From Candidatus Latescibacterota bacterium (lineage in GTDB: Bacteria > Latescibacterota > UBA2968 > UBA8231): a stretch of DNA of 64,000 nt. Where the stretch lies: contig OZ241362.1 in NCBI GenBank assembly GCA_965200315.1, positions 96,001 through 160,000 of the forward strand, given 5' to 3'. The position numbers and the translations under genes were made by a program. The notes beneath the pieces were generated by a model. It was given only the letters and a program-made list of their open reading frames with translations, was not told the origin of the DNA and ran no database searches. This document shows positions 9,741 to 20,052 of the stretch, piece after piece (within the stretch, counting starts at the first letter, position 1; each line of letters opens with the position of its first letter).

Positions 9741-10210
9741 TTAGCTCAGGGCGTCGTGCAGTTCAGTCCAGTCGTCGAGATTGTTGAGGTGACGGCGTCG
9801 AGGATGCTGCCGTCGTCGCTGAGGCCAGCGGCGTCGAGGATGCTGCCGTCGTCGCTGAGGCCAGCGGCGTCGAGGATGCTGGTGCGGGTCTCGTCGTCGT
9901 GGTTGTAGCCGCGGATGGCGGCGTTGGAAGCGTCGATCTCGCTCTGGGGAATGGCGCCGCCGCGCTGGGCCTTGACCCAATTTTCAAATTCAATATAGCT
10001 GGCCTTGTTGTCCTTGACGTAGGCTACGGCCGCGTCGCGGTCGATGCCGAGACCGTCGAGGACCATTTGATCGAAGCCCGCGCCGCATTCCGGGTAATCC
10101 GCAGGCAATTCGCCAGCCGCGCTCAAACGCAGCTTAGACCACAGGCGGGGCAGGTGAATCGCGCCGAGCGGCCCGGCGATATCCGAACTGATATTAGGAA
10201 TAATGGCCAT
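9741..10210 (-). CDS. DUF5069-like protein carrying a 36-bp duplication and a 1-bp frameshift near the 3' end
   Basis: AGGAGG RBS before ATG 10210. Motifs GPLGAIHLPRLWSK and CGAGFDQMVLDGLGID. The natural-looking C-terminus (LNNLDDWTELHDALS*) lies in a shifted frame ending at 9741. Confidence 0.65.
9793..9881. repeat. Perfect 36-bp tandem duplication (2 copies plus a partial third)
   Basis: CGGCGTCGAGGATGCTGCCGTCGTCGCTGAGGCCAG at 9793 and 9829, with a 17-bp partial copy at 9865. Confidence 0.92.
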
Positions 10211-10290
10211 GAAGTTCCTCCTATGGGAAATGGGTTGAATAAGCGGCCTAACAGTACGGTCGCTTAGGCCGGTTGTCAAACGGATAGAAC

Positions 10291-11394
10291 ATGGACAAAA
10301 TACGCTTTGGCGTCATTGGGGCCGCTGGCCGCGGCAGCGGCTTTATCCCCACCCTGCTGACCCATCCCGCCACGGAAGTTACCGCGTTGTGCGACATCCG
10401 CCGAGCGGAGGTGGAACGCCACGCGGCCGAATTGGGAGTCGAACAGGTTTTTACGGACGCAGACGAAATGCTCGGCGTCGGGGGGGTGGACGCGGTCGTG
10501 GTGGGTACGCCCATGCCGTGGCACACCCCCCAAGCTATCGCGGCCTTACAGAGCGACATCCACGTACTCAGCGAGGTGACGGCCGGCGTGTCGGTCGAGG
10601 AGTGCCGCGATTTGACGCGGGTGGCGCGGCGCAGTCGCGCCGTCTATATGATGGCCGAGAACTACGTGTACACCAAGCCCAACACCCTAGTAAAAGCGCT
10701 GGTTGAACGCGGCTTTTTCGGCGAGCTGTACTACGCCGAGGGGGCGTATATCCACGAACTGAAAGAGCTCAACGAAATCACGCCTTGGCGGCGGCGCTGG
10801 CACACGGGCGTCAATGGCTGCACCTATGGTACGCACAGCTTGGGGCCGGTGTTGACGTGGTTTGCCGGGCAGCGGGTGGTATCCGTCTGCGCCGTGGGCA
10901 CTGGGCACCACTACCGCGACCCGCGCGGCGATTTGTACGAAATGGAGGACTCCGTGACCATGATGTGCCGGCTATCGGGCGGCGGGCTGGCGCATATCCG
11001 GGTCGATATGCTCTCGGACCGGCCGCACCAGATGGTCCATTATGCGTTGCAGGGGACCGATGGGGCGTACGAGTCGGCCGACGGCTTTGCGGCAGCGGCC
11101 AAAATCTGGCTGCGTAGCCGCAGTGCGCAGCCGCGCTGGGAGCCTTTGGAAGCCTTGGAGGAGTTTTTGCCTGATTACTGGCAGCGCCCGCCCTCAGAAG
11201 CCCTTGCCGCCGGACACGGCGGCGGCGACTATTGGGAGGTACAGGACTTTGTCGCAGCCATCCGCGGGGAAAAGGAGCCGGCCATTGGCATCGACTTGGC
11301 GATGGACATGACCTTGCCCGGCCTCGTCAGCCAACAGTCGATCGCCCAAGGATCGGCTTGGGTGGCGGTGCCCGATTCGCGCAACTGGACCTAA
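10291..11394 (+). CDS. Gfo/Idh/MocA family oxidoreductase
   Basis: RFGVIGAAGRG, DAVVVGTP..H, VLSEV, YMMAENY, Y.THSLGP and GHGGGD. Confidence 0.9.
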   Translation: MDKIRFGVIGAAGRGSGFIPTLLTHPATEVTALCDIRRAEVERHAAELGVEQVFTDADEMLGVGGVDAVVVGTPMPWHTPQAIAALQSDIHVLSEVTAGVSVEECRDLTRVARRSRAVYMMAENYVYTKPNTLVKALVERGFFGELYYAEGAYIHELKELNEITPWRRRWHTGVNGCTYGTHSLGPVLTWFAGQRVVSVCAVGTGHHYRDPRGDLYEMEDSVTMMCRLSGGGLAHIRVDMLSDRPHQMVHYALQGTDGAYESADGFAAAAKIWLRSRSAQPRWEPLEALEEFLPDYWQRPPSEALAAGHGGGDYWEVQDFVAAIRGEKEPAIGIDLAMDMTLPGLVSQQSIAQGSAWVAVPDSRNWT

Positions 11395-11406
11395 AGGAAC
11401 GAGACC

Positions 11407-12990
11407 ATGTCCAAACCCAAGATCATGTTCTACCACGACGGCCGGCACCCGCTGATCTACATGTACGAGCCGCCGATCCAGCAGGAGGAATACGAGCAAG
11501 GGGTGGACGAGCTGTTGGGCACGCCGGTCGAAGCCATCATGTTTTGCCTCGGCGACGGCCGCACCATGCTGCACGACACCGAGGTGGGGGAGCTGTGGGG
11601 CCACAACGTGAAGCGGTGGCCCCATTTGATTTTTCGCCGCGCCCACCAAAATGCCCGCGACCTAATCCGCAAGGGGCACGACCCGCTGCGCCTGATTTGC
11701 GACCGCGCCCATCAGTACGGCAAACAAGTCTATCCGACGCTGCTGGTGCAGCAGGGCCGCGGGCCGCGGGAAGAGGACGTGCGCTGCTCGGACTTTCGCT
11801 TTGACAACGCCCATCTCGAAATCGGGGCGCAAGACGATGTGCCCGCCGACTATCCCGGCTACACCTGCCTCGACTTCAAGCACCAAGAAGTCCGCGACGA
11901 GCGCTTTGCCCTGATTGCCGAGACCCTAGAAAAGTATCCGGTCGATGGCTTTGAGCTGCAGATGAACTACCAGCCCTACTATTTCCATCCAGCCGAGGTT
12001 GATGCTGGACGCGAGATTATGACCGAGTGGGTGCGCCAGGTGCATCGTGCGGTCAAGCAGAGCGGCAAGCAACGCGAATTGGCCATCCGCATTCCTTATA
12101 GTATTGAGGGGTGCTATGCTGTCGGCATGGACATTAAAGCGTGGTTGCGCGAAGGGCTAGTCGATGTGCTGATCGGTCAGGCGTTTTCCGGCCCCGAGCT
12201 GCTGGACTCGACCATTGATTTCCGGCCCTTGGTTGCCGCGGCCGAAGGCACGGGCTGTCGGGTGCATGCGGCCCTGCAAAGCCACGTGGACTCGGACCGC
12301 TTGGGGGAGGCGACCATTGAAATGGTGCGCGGAGCCGCCTGCAACTACTGGGCGCAGGGCGTCGATGGCCTGTACTTGGCGCACTGGTTTGGGAATTGGC
12401 CGTACCAGGCCTCCTTCTACGAGAAGCTGCGGGAATTGCCCTATCCAGAGGTCATGGCCGCTCGCGACAAAATTTACTACGTTCCAACCGCGACCGGGCG
12501 CTATCCCAATCCCACCACCGAGCCGGGGACGACCATGCAGCTACCGGCCTATTTGCAAAAGGGCCACAAGGCTTCCATCACCCTGTCGGTCAGCGATGAT
12601 CTGCGGCGCTGGGCCAAGGTCGGTCGGGTACACGAAGTATTGCTGCGGGTGCGGGTGATGGGGCACACCGAGCGCGACCAGCTAAAGTTCTATTTCAATG
12701 GCCGGGAGTTGCCCACTAGTCTGTTGCGCAAGATCAATGAAATGTACCGGATGTCGGCTCCGCGCTATCGCACGGGCTCTGGGTATTGGTACGCATTTAG
12801 ATTAGACGCCAAACACTGGCCGAAAGAGGGGAACAACACACTCGCTGTCGAATTGGTGCGGCGGGATGCTCAGGTGCTGCCGGAGATTCTTGTGCGCGAT
12901 GTGGAGTTGGATATAAAATACCTGATGGGACGCCATTATCACCGCGGCCAAGACATAGATCTGGGGCCGAGCGAACCGTCGGGAATATGA
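11407..12990 (+). CDS. Hypothetical glycoside-hydrolase-like (GHL10-type) TIM-barrel protein with C-terminal beta domain
   Basis: DFKHQEVRDERF..I.E.LEKYPVDGFEL, W.REGLVD and GVDGLYL patterns. Apparent paralog of 18189..19757. Confidence 0.6.
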   Translation: MSKPKIMFYHDGRHPLIYMYEPPIQQEEYEQGVDELLGTPVEAIMFCLGDGRTMLHDTEVGELWGHNVKRWPHLIFRRAHQNARDLIRKGHDPLRLICDRAHQYGKQVYPTLLVQQGRGPREEDVRCSDFRFDNAHLEIGAQDDVPADYPGYTCLDFKHQEVRDERFALIAETLEKYPVDGFELQMNYQPYYFHPAEVDAGREIMTEWVRQVHRAVKQSGKQRELAIRIPYSIEGCYAVGMDIKAWLREGLVDVLIGQAFSGPELLDSTIDFRPLVAAAEGTGCRVHAALQSHVDSDRLGEATIEMVRGAACNYWAQGVDGLYLAHWFGNWPYQASFYEKLRELPYPEVMAARDKIYYVPTATGRYPNPTTEPGTTMQLPAYLQKGHKASITLSVSDDLRRWAKVGRVHEVLLRVRVMGHTERDQLKFYFNGRELPTSLLRKINEMYRMSAPRYRTGSGYWYAFRLDAKHWPKEGNNTLAVELVRRDAQVLPEILVRDVELDIKYLMGRHYHRGQDIDLGPSEPSGI

Positions 12991-13008
12991 GTTGATGGAC
13001 GAAAGACG

Positions 13009-13908
13009 ATGAGATTGGATAGGTGCTACAGGGCTGTGCTAGCGGCGTGCGTCGTCTGCTGGTGCAGTGCGGAGCCGATGGCGGCCGGCTACATCCCGAA
13101 TGTGCCCTATTTTCACCAGCACAGCAACCGCATCAACCCCTCTGGCTCCTGCCAAAACACCTGCATCGCTATTGTGCTCAAATACTACGGAGCCGACGAC
13201 ATTACCCCCGACATGATCTCCGCCAAATGGGGCACGTACGTCGCTCAGAGCACTGGGGGTCTCGAAAAGGTTTTCAACGAGGAAGCCGCACTGCGCGGCC
13301 TGAGCGTCCGCGACCAAGCGACCGAAACCGGACTCTTGTGGGAATTGCACGCGCTGTTGGACGCTGGCCGCCCAGTAATCGTCCACGGCGGCTTTTCCGC
13401 GGTCGGGCACCTAATGGTGCTGGTCGGGTACGACGAGCGCTTTTACTACGCGATGGATCCAGCGAGCCAGTGGACTGAGCGGCTCAACGGGGGATTTACC
13501 AACACCGACGATCCGCACATAGGCCGTTATACTCGCTACGGTCGCGATGCGGTAGAAAACGCCATCGTTTCCCGGGGCTTCATCCGCATGCACCAGACGG
13601 TGCTGCAACAACAGTACGGAGTGGTGCCGGAAGCGTTTGCCCTAGCGCAGAATTATCCCAATCCATTTAACAGCACCACTGCCATTGGCTTTGCTCTGCC
13701 GCAAACAGGGGCAATCCGGCTCGCAGTCTTTAACGCACTCGGCCAGCAGGTCGTCGTCTTAGCCGAGAGCACCCATCCGGCCGGCTCATACATGCTGCGC
13801 TGGGATGGAGTAAACGACAGCGGGCGCGCATTGGCTGCGGGCCGGTACTTCTATCGGTTGCAAACCCCTTGGGGCGTACAAACGCGCAAACTACTTTTGT
13901 TAAAATAA
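13009..13908 (+). CDS. Secreted C39-like cysteine peptidase with C-terminal sorting (FlgD-Ig/T9SS-A-like) domain
   Basis: Signal-like N-terminus. NVPYFHQ, GSCQNTC (Cys), [10 protein letters not shown] (His) and MDP (Asp). C-terminus [12 protein letters not shown]...WDG.N..G...AAGRYFYRL...RKLLLLK. Confidence 0.82.
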   Translation: MRLDRCYRAVLAACVVCWCSAEPMAAGYIPNVPYFHQHSNRINPSGSCQNTCIAIVLKYYGADDITPDMISAKWGTYVAQSTGGLEKVFNEEAALRGLSVRDQATETGLLWELHALLDAGRPVIVHGGFSAVGHLMVLVGYDERFYYAMDPASQWTERLNGGFTNTDDPHIGRYTRYGRDAVENAIVSRGFIRMHQTVLQQQYGVVPEAFALAQNYPNPFNSTTAIGFALPQTGAIRLAVFNALGQQVVVLAESTHPAGSYMLRWDGVNDSGRALAAGRYFYRLQTPWGVQTRKLLLLK

Positions 13909-13972
13909 AACTATAGTGGTCGGCGATCAGCGCCCGTTGTCGCTTGGCCGCTATCAAACCGAAAGGAATCCC

Positions 13973-15688
13973 ATGTCCAGAGGTATTCGCAACTTCGCCA
14001 TTTTTGTCGTCGCCCTGCTCGCGTCTTGGATCATAGGTATCAATGTGGCCCCGACGTGGACGGTCGAAAAGATCGAGTTGGACGTGAAAACGGACAGCGA
14101 CGGCATGTATTATATCTACCGAGACAAACCCGCCTATTTCGAGTCCGTGCCCATGGCGCAAGCCCAACTCGACCCGGCTAAAATTGACGGGTCGAGGACG
14201 GCGCCGCCGATCACGGAAGAATTTGTCTCTGTGGCGGAGACCGGCAGCTACTACAAGCTGATAGCCAAGCGGCACTGGAGCTATTGGTCACTGCTGCCGG
14301 CGATAGTGGCTGTGCTGTTGTGCTGGCTGACCAAAGAACCGGTCACCTCGCTGTTGGGCGGCATCATCGCTGGTGCTCTGCTGATGGGCCGCTACGACTT
14401 CACCGGCGACGTGCTGATCCCCTCGTTGGCGACCAAAAGCGCGGCCGGAGTTCTACTGCTCTACTTGTGGCTGTTGGGCGGGCTGATGGGGATATGGTCG
14501 CGCACGGGGGCGGCTCAGGCTTTTGCCGAGTTTATGACCGTGCGCTTTGTGCGCGGCCCCAGAAGCGCCAAGCTGGTCGCTTGGCTGCTCGGGGTCATCT
14601 TTTTCCAAGGCGGCACCGTCAGCACGGTGCTGGTCGGCACTACGGTCAAACCGATTGCCGACAACGAAAAGATCAGCCACGAAGAGCTGGCGTACGTGGT
14701 GGACTCAACGGCCTCGCCGATTGCCTCGCAGCTCGCGTTCAATGCTTGGCCCGGCTACGTGCAGGCGTTCATCTTCGTCTCTGGCGTCGGTTTCTTGGCC
14801 ACAGAAGCCGATCGCATTGCCTTCTTTTTTCAAAGTGTGCCGTTTTGTTTTTACGCCATCTTTGCCGTCTTGGGCACGTTCCTCCTCAGCATTGAAAAAC
14901 CGCTCTTTTTGGGCAAGCAACTCAGAGAGGCGATGAATCGCTCGCGCACGACCGGCCAGCTCGACGCCCCCGGTGCCGATCCCCTGAGCGCCAAGGAACT
15001 GCAAGGGAGCAACGTACCCGAAGGCTACACTCCGCACGTCCTCGAATTCTTCTTGCCGCTGGGTACGCTCATTGCCATTGCCGTTGGCACCTTTATGGTC
15101 AGCGGATCGCCCAATGTGCAGTGGGCTTTTGGCATGGCGCTCTTGTTGGCTGCGGGTATGGCCTTGGCCAAGGGCATGGCGCTCAAAGACCTCATCGGCG
15201 GTTTTCACGACGGCCTCAAGGGCGTGGTGCTCGGCTCGGTGATTTTGCTGCTGGCGATCACCATCGGCGGCATTAGCAAGGAGACGGGCGGCAGCATCTT
15301 TTTGGTCGAACAGCTCGGCGAGGCCATTCCGTATTTCCTCCTGCCGGTCCTGCTTCAGCTTCTGACGATGGTCATTGCCTTTTCCACCGGCACGAGCTGG
15401 GGCACGTATGCGGTGGCTTTCCCGCTGGCCATGCCGCTGGCTTGGGCGGTGGCTGGTGCTAACGGCCTAGCGCATCCAGAGCTTTTTATGACGTTGTGTT
15501 TTGCTGCGGTTATGGACGGCAGCGTGTACGGCGACCAGTGCTCGCCGATTTCGGATACCACCGTGCTTAGCTCCATGTGTACGGGCTGCGACCTGATGGA
15601 CCACGTCAAGACGCAAATTCCCCAAGCGACGATCGCGGCGGGCTTGGCGGCTTTGTGCTGGACCACCGTGGCGTTCTTCACCGCCTAA
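13973..15688 (+). CDS. Na+/H+ antiporter NhaC family transporter
   Basis: [35 protein letters not shown] and [14 protein letters not shown]...[21 protein letters not shown] before ATG 13973. Confidence 0.9.
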   Translation: MSRGIRNFAIFVVALLASWIIGINVAPTWTVEKIELDVKTDSDGMYYIYRDKPAYFESVPMAQAQLDPAKIDGSRTAPPITEEFVSVAETGSYYKLIAKRHWSYWSLLPAIVAVLLCWLTKEPVTSLLGGIIAGALLMGRYDFTGDVLIPSLATKSAAGVLLLYLWLLGGLMGIWSRTGAAQAFAEFMTVRFVRGPRSAKLVAWLLGVIFFQGGTVSTVLVGTTVKPIADNEKISHEELAYVVDSTASPIASQLAFNAWPGYVQAFIFVSGVGFLATEADRIAFFFQSVPFCFYAIFAVLGTFLLSIEKPLFLGKQLREAMNRSRTTGQLDAPGADPLSAKELQGSNVPEGYTPHVLEFFLPLGTLIAIAVGTFMVSGSPNVQWAFGMALLLAAGMALAKGMALKDLIGGFHDGLKGVVLGSVILLLAITIGGISKETGGSIFLVEQLGEAIPYFLLPVLLQLLTMVIAFSTGTSWGTYAVAFPLAMPLAWAVAGANGLAHPELFMTLCFAAVMDGSVYGDQCSPISDTTVLSSMCTGCDLMDHVKTQIPQATIAAGLAALCWTTVAFFTA

Positions 15689-15709
15689 TTTTTGCACGAT
15701 CGCGGTCTT

Positions 15710-15748
15710 TTCCCCTCCAGTGCCCGGCGTACTGGAGGGGAATTTTTT
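15710..15748 (+). terminator. Rho-independent terminator
   Basis: TTCCCCTCCAGT-loop-ACTGGAGGGGAA (12-bp stem) followed by TTTTTT, 21 nt after the NhaC stop. Confidence 0.85.
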
Positions 15749-15942
15749 GGTGATTCACGGCGTTTAATGCGATAACTCATAAGCGAGCTAACAGAGTTGC
15801 CCGGTGATGGCAAAGCATTCGGTGCTGAGCCTGGTCGAAAGGCCGACAGCACCTGTTGATAGCCGACAAAACTCCCTATCATTTAATAAATGCGAAATGC
15901 GTATTGAGTTGGCATTCTTCTTTAATTTTAGGAGCCCGCGCT

Positions 15943-16944
15943 ATGCCTATCTTTCTCGACTCGACCCCCCTCCGCAACGACCCGCCCGCGCTCCGCGCCC
16001 GCATGCAGCGCGACGGCTATCTCTTCGTGCGTGGCTTGCTGCCCGCCGCCGAACTCGAAGCACTCAGGCTGCGCTTTTTGGCCATTGCCCGCGCCGCTGG
16101 CTGGGTTCAGGCCGACACGCCGCTTGAGGACGCCACCGCCGACCAAGACGGTTTCTGCGTCGAACCGACGCCTGAGTATATGGATGTCTATAGCCGGATG
16201 TACGCGCTGCCCGAATTCCATGCCTTACAGCACCACCCCGCGCTCGTCGGCCTGCTCGAAAAGCTGTTCGACGACCCGGTGTTGCCGCACCCACGCCTCA
16301 TTGGCCGCACCATCTTTCCCAAGCGCGAATCCTTTACCACGCCGCCGCATCAGGACTTCATTCCCATTCAGGGCACGGCCAAAACCTATACGGCTTGGTT
16401 CCCACTCCACGATCTGCCGCCGACGATGGGTGGATTGGAGGTGGCCTCTGGGGCGCATCAGGGGGGAGTTTATAATTTCCAGCCGGCCTTGGGGGCCGGA
16501 GGATTGGCAATTACCGACTCCTTTGAATGGACCGGCGGCCCCTTCGCGCAGGGGGACGTGCTGTTCTTCCACAGCATGACGCCCCATCGCGGCGTCCCCA
16601 ACACCGGCGAACAACTGCGCCTGTCCATTGACGCTCGCTACCAGCGCGTTGCCGACCCCATCGCCCCGGGCAGTCTTCTGCCTCACAGCCAGCCCAACAC
16701 TTGGGAGGCCATCTACGCCGACTGGCCCGACGACCGCTTGCAGTACTACTGGCGTCAGCACGAACTGGACGTGGTTGACTACGACGATAGCTATCACGAA
16801 GAGCGCGACCGCCAAGCCCTAGCGCTGGGTGAGCAAGGCGATCCGCTCGCCGTCTCGGCACTCCAGCGCATCATCGCCCGCGACAAAGAGCCTGCCAAGC
16901 GCCAACGAGCCGCCGAACTACTCGCGGCTATGGAGAAAAAATAG
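15943..16944 (+). CDS. Phytanoyl-CoA dioxygenase (PhyH) family protein
   Basis: RDGYLFVRG, TPPHQD, TAWFPL, GGLEV..G.H and GDVLFFHSMTPH...RLSIDARYQ. AGGAG RBS. Confidence 0.9.
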   Translation: MPIFLDSTPLRNDPPALRARMQRDGYLFVRGLLPAAELEALRLRFLAIARAAGWVQADTPLEDATADQDGFCVEPTPEYMDVYSRMYALPEFHALQHHPALVGLLEKLFDDPVLPHPRLIGRTIFPKRESFTTPPHQDFIPIQGTAKTYTAWFPLHDLPPTMGGLEVASGAHQGGVYNFQPALGAGGLAITDSFEWTGGPFAQGDVLFFHSMTPHRGVPNTGEQLRLSIDARYQRVADPIAPGSLLPHSQPNTWEAIYADWPDDRLQYYWRQHELDVVDYDDSYHEERDRQALALGEQGDPLAVSALQRIIARDKEPAKRQRAAELLAAMEKK

Positions 16945-17122
16945 CGATAGCGTTTTAGGAAGATTCTTTGAGAACGATAGCAAGAGCCGGCGGCCATGGA
17001 CCGTCGGCTCTTGCTGTTTGGTGCGGTACGGGACCTAATTTTTGGTAGCAGCCGGCGTAACACTCCGCGCCGTTATAGGTGTTTAAGTAGTACAGTGGGA
17101 CGCGGACTGGTGCCTAGCCGAA

Positions 17123-17848
17123 TTGGTTTTGACCGAAGGAGAGTTCGCCAAGGTGAGTACCGGCGACTTCCGCGTCCTGACCCCAGAAGACACTAAACTG
17201 CGCGGTGGCTCGGGGCGGAGGATTACCTTGGGACGCCAAATCGAGGTTGCGACCCGCGAGGGCTACACCTTATCGCTGGGGCTGTTGACCAATACGCAGG
17301 ACGAGGCGTTCCGCGGCGTCCAGTTCGCTTGGCTGGTCAACCAGGCGCGCGAGCGGACCGGCAATCAGATCGGCGGGTTGGGCAACTTGGCGCTCAAAGA
17401 GGTCTATGGCTTGCAGGCATCCGTCGTAGGCGTCAACTGGGCGATGGGGCCGTTGCAGGGCGGACAGGTAGGCTTGCTCAACATCGCTTCGCAAGTGCGC
17501 GGTTGGCAGGTGGCGCAAACGACCAACGTCGTTGGCAAAATTCGCGGTTGGCAGGTGGGCGGGGTTACCAATTTCGTCGGCGAGGTCAAGGGCGGTCAGG
17601 TCGGATTATTGAATGTGGCAAGCGAAGTCAAGGGCTGGCAGGTGGGCGTGGTCAACCTCTCTGGCCACATCGAAGGCGGCCTGCCCATCGGGTTGATCAA
17701 CTACTCGCGCAGCGGGCTTTTCAACCTCAGCGCTTGGCGCGACGAAATCGGCTTTACCCTATTCACCCTCGCCTCGGGCTGCCGCTCGTTTTACACCGCT
17801 TTTACCACTGGTTTTACCAACCAAGATCGTTTCAGTTGGAAAGTGTAG
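17123..17848 (+). pseudogene. Probable remnant of a surface protein with G-x-Q-x-G-x-x-N repeats (LA_2272-like)
   Basis: About 15-aa repeats (GGQVGLLNIASQVR, GWQVGGVTNFVGEVK, GWQVGVVN, PIGLINY). No clear start, RBS or signal peptide, and the C-terminus ends abruptly. Confidence 0.55.
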
Positions 17849-17849
17849 T

Positions 17850-18012
17850 GTTCCTATAATGGCTCGTCCATCATTGCCCAACGCTCCCATTTTCTTGAAC
17901 TCGCTGGAAATATCCGCTCCCTCAAAGTTCGGCTGAAATTTTTTCGCTCGCGCCTCTTGTTCCAAGCATTGACGCCTTTGAGGAGCCATTCGATATGCTT
18001 TTGGTTGGCCAT
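17850..18012 (-). pseudogene. Frameshifted and truncated N-terminus of a pentapeptide-repeat-type protein
   Basis: AGAAAGAGG RBS, then ATG 18012: MANQKHIEWLLKGVNAWNKRRERK. The frame shifts near an A6-T3 run into FQPNFEGADISSEF, resembling the 'MAN.EH...L..GV..WN.WR...P.L.GADL' leader of pentapeptide proteins. Confidence 0.55.
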
Positions 18013-18188
18013 GAAATACCTCTTTCTACTATTGTAACCGCTTCTTTATATACACAGATGGGCGAAAGTTTCACCAAGGACGGCAATTCCGGCCTCCGCA
18101 TCGTCAGTAATGCGGAATGATTTGAACGATTCGAGCGGTGGATCATCTCGTGAATACGATTCTGCGTCGGCCTGCGTCGGCCTGCGGA

Positions 18189-19757
18189 TCAGCTTGTGCA
18201 TGCTGGAGGACTGCTATAGCAGATCAATACCTCGACGTCGGTCAGCAGCAAGTCGCAGGCGAGTTGGGGATGGCGTTGCAAGAGGACGACCTCTAGGCGA
18301 TGGCAGCCGCGGGCGGCTTGGTCGGTAGTGAGCGCGAAGCTGTGCCAGGCGGCGGCACTGACATCGGCGATGGGTTGGGAGTCGCCGGCGTGGCAATAGC
18401 TGATATCCGGGTCGGCTAAGACCTCGCCATCCCAACAGCAGCGAACCTCGTCGCCAGCGACCCAATTTTGCAGGCGCAGACGCAGAGTGAGGGTCGCCGG
18501 TGGGGCTGCGCTCAAGTCGTCGGCGAGGTCGAGGTCGAAGTGCGGGCCGGTCTCTCGCATGGTTGGGTAGAGGGGAACGGGTAGGGTGCCGCGCAGCCGG
18601 TCGTGCTGGTACGCGCCGCGCCACTCCCCGGTATGCTGGCGGAAGCGGTGGGTCGCGCTGTATAGCTTGTCTTGGCGGCGCAAGGTCTGGGCCGCGCCCA
18701 CTTGGCTTAGTAACTCGCGCTTTGAATCGCGGTCGGCGTGCCAGTTGAACGCGTATATACCGGTCGCGCCTTGGCCGTGATACTGCATAGCCTTGGCTTT
18801 GGTGCGCATGGTGTGGCGGGCCGGTTCGCCTTCGGGGCCGGCGGTCGGGCCGGGGACGCCGCCGTCGAAACCGGGGTAGAGGGCAATATCGTGGTCGGCG
18901 CAGAGGGCGCGGAAGGTGCTGACCTCAATGGCTGGATCGGTAGCGGCGGCACCGGCCGGGATCAGGATATCGACGAGGTTTTCCCGCACCCAAGTTTCCA
19001 CGTCATAGCCAATGCGGTGACAGCCCTCAATGGAGCCGGCGACGCGGGCCGCTAAGTAAAAAGGGCGGCCGCGCTGCTGGGCTAGTTCGTCGGTCAGTTG
19101 CCGCGCCGCCCGCATGAAGTCGGTGAGGACGTAGCGCAGGCGATAGGCATAGTCGGCCGGGAAGTGAAAGGGGTGGCGTTGCCAGTCGAGCTCGACGCCG
19201 TCCCAGGGGTAGTTTTGGCAGACCTCGCGCAAGTGTTGGAAGCGATTTTCGCGCACTTGGGGAATGGCCATATTCCACGACAGGGCAAACCACTCCTCGG
19301 TATCCTCGCCGAGGAGCCATTCGGGATGGTCCCGGCGTAGTTGGGTCAGTTCGACGTGGTGCAGGGTCTTAAGGTCGCTTAGCTGCGCGCCGTTGAAGTG
19401 ATTGTCGTTCATGCGCAGCGAGGCATAGACATGGAGGTCTAACTCGTGGCCGCGGTCAATGACGGCCTGTTGGGGGTCTTCGCCCCGCTCCAACATGCGG
19501 CGGATGTTTTCGGTGTGCGTGTAGCTCGCGGCGCTTTCATAGCGGCGCTGGTGGGTGTCGCCGAGCAGTTCGAGCGCGTCGCTTGGCCAGCGGGTGGCGT
19601 GTTCGCCCACGCACCAAAATAGGGCACCGACTTGGGTGTCTTCGAGAGGGGCGTACGTCTTGTCGAGAAAGGCGTCCATGGACTGAGGAACGGGCGAGTA
19701 GCCGTGCGGCGCGCCGTCCCAGTTGTAGATGATGCCGTAGTCAGGGGGGCGGGACAT
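18189..19757 (-). CDS. Hypothetical glycoside-hydrolase-like (GHL10-type) TIM-barrel protein
   Basis: IIYNWDG, YASLRMNDNH, RRDHPEWLLG, YPWDGVELDW.RHP, W.RENLVD and GIYAFN. AAAGGAG RBS before ATG 19757. Confidence 0.65.
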   Translation of the reverse strand: MSRPPDYGIIYNWDGAPHGYSPVPQSMDAFLDKTYAPLEDTQVGALFWCVGEHATRWPSDALELLGDTHQRRYESAASYTHTENIRRMLERGEDPQQAVIDRGHELDLHVYASLRMNDNHFNGAQLSDLKTLHHVELTQLRRDHPEWLLGEDTEEWFALSWNMAIPQVRENRFQHLREVCQNYPWDGVELDWQRHPFHFPADYAYRLRYVLTDFMRAARQLTDELAQQRGRPFYLAARVAGSIEGCHRIGYDVETWVRENLVDILIPAGAAATDPAIEVSTFRALCADHDIALYPGFDGGVPGPTAGPEGEPARHTMRTKAKAMQYHGQGATGIYAFNWHADRDSKRELLSQVGAAQTLRRQDKLYSATHRFRQHTGEWRGAYQHDRLRGTLPVPLYPTMRETGPHFDLDLADDLSAAPPATLTLRLRLQNWVAGDEVRCCWDGEVLADPDISYCHAGDSQPIADVSAAAWHSFALTTDQAARGCHRLEVVLLQRHPQLACDLLLTDVEVLICYSSPPACTS

Positions 19758-19824
19758 AGGTCTGCTCCTTTGCAAATTGGGGCCAAAGTACGGAGATTGT
19801 CAGAGGAGGGCAACGGAGGCCAGT

Positions 19825-20040
19825 ATGACCAGAAAGTGGATGCTCTGCATGGCGTTGGTCGGTTGCAGCCTGAGCGATCTCCAAGGGCCGACCGATCTGC
19901 CCAAGGATCCATGGGAGCGCACCGAAGAGCAACGGCTGGAAGCGATTGAGGAAAAATGCAGTGGCCCGCCTTGGGAGCGCGGGTGGCTCTGTCCGCGCGG
20001 CGTGGCCGATGCGGATACAATTAAATCTCAAGAGGGCTAA
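19825..20040 (+). CDS. Small putative lipoprotein
   Basis: GGAGG RBS and the lipobox-like signal MTRKWMLCMALVG/C. 71 aa with a CSGPPWERGWLC motif. Confidence 0.5.
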   Translation: MTRKWMLCMALVGCSLSDLQGPTDLPKDPWERTEEQRLEAIEEKCSGPPWERGWLCPRGVADADTIKSQEG

Positions 20041-20052
20041 GGAGTGCTAAGG

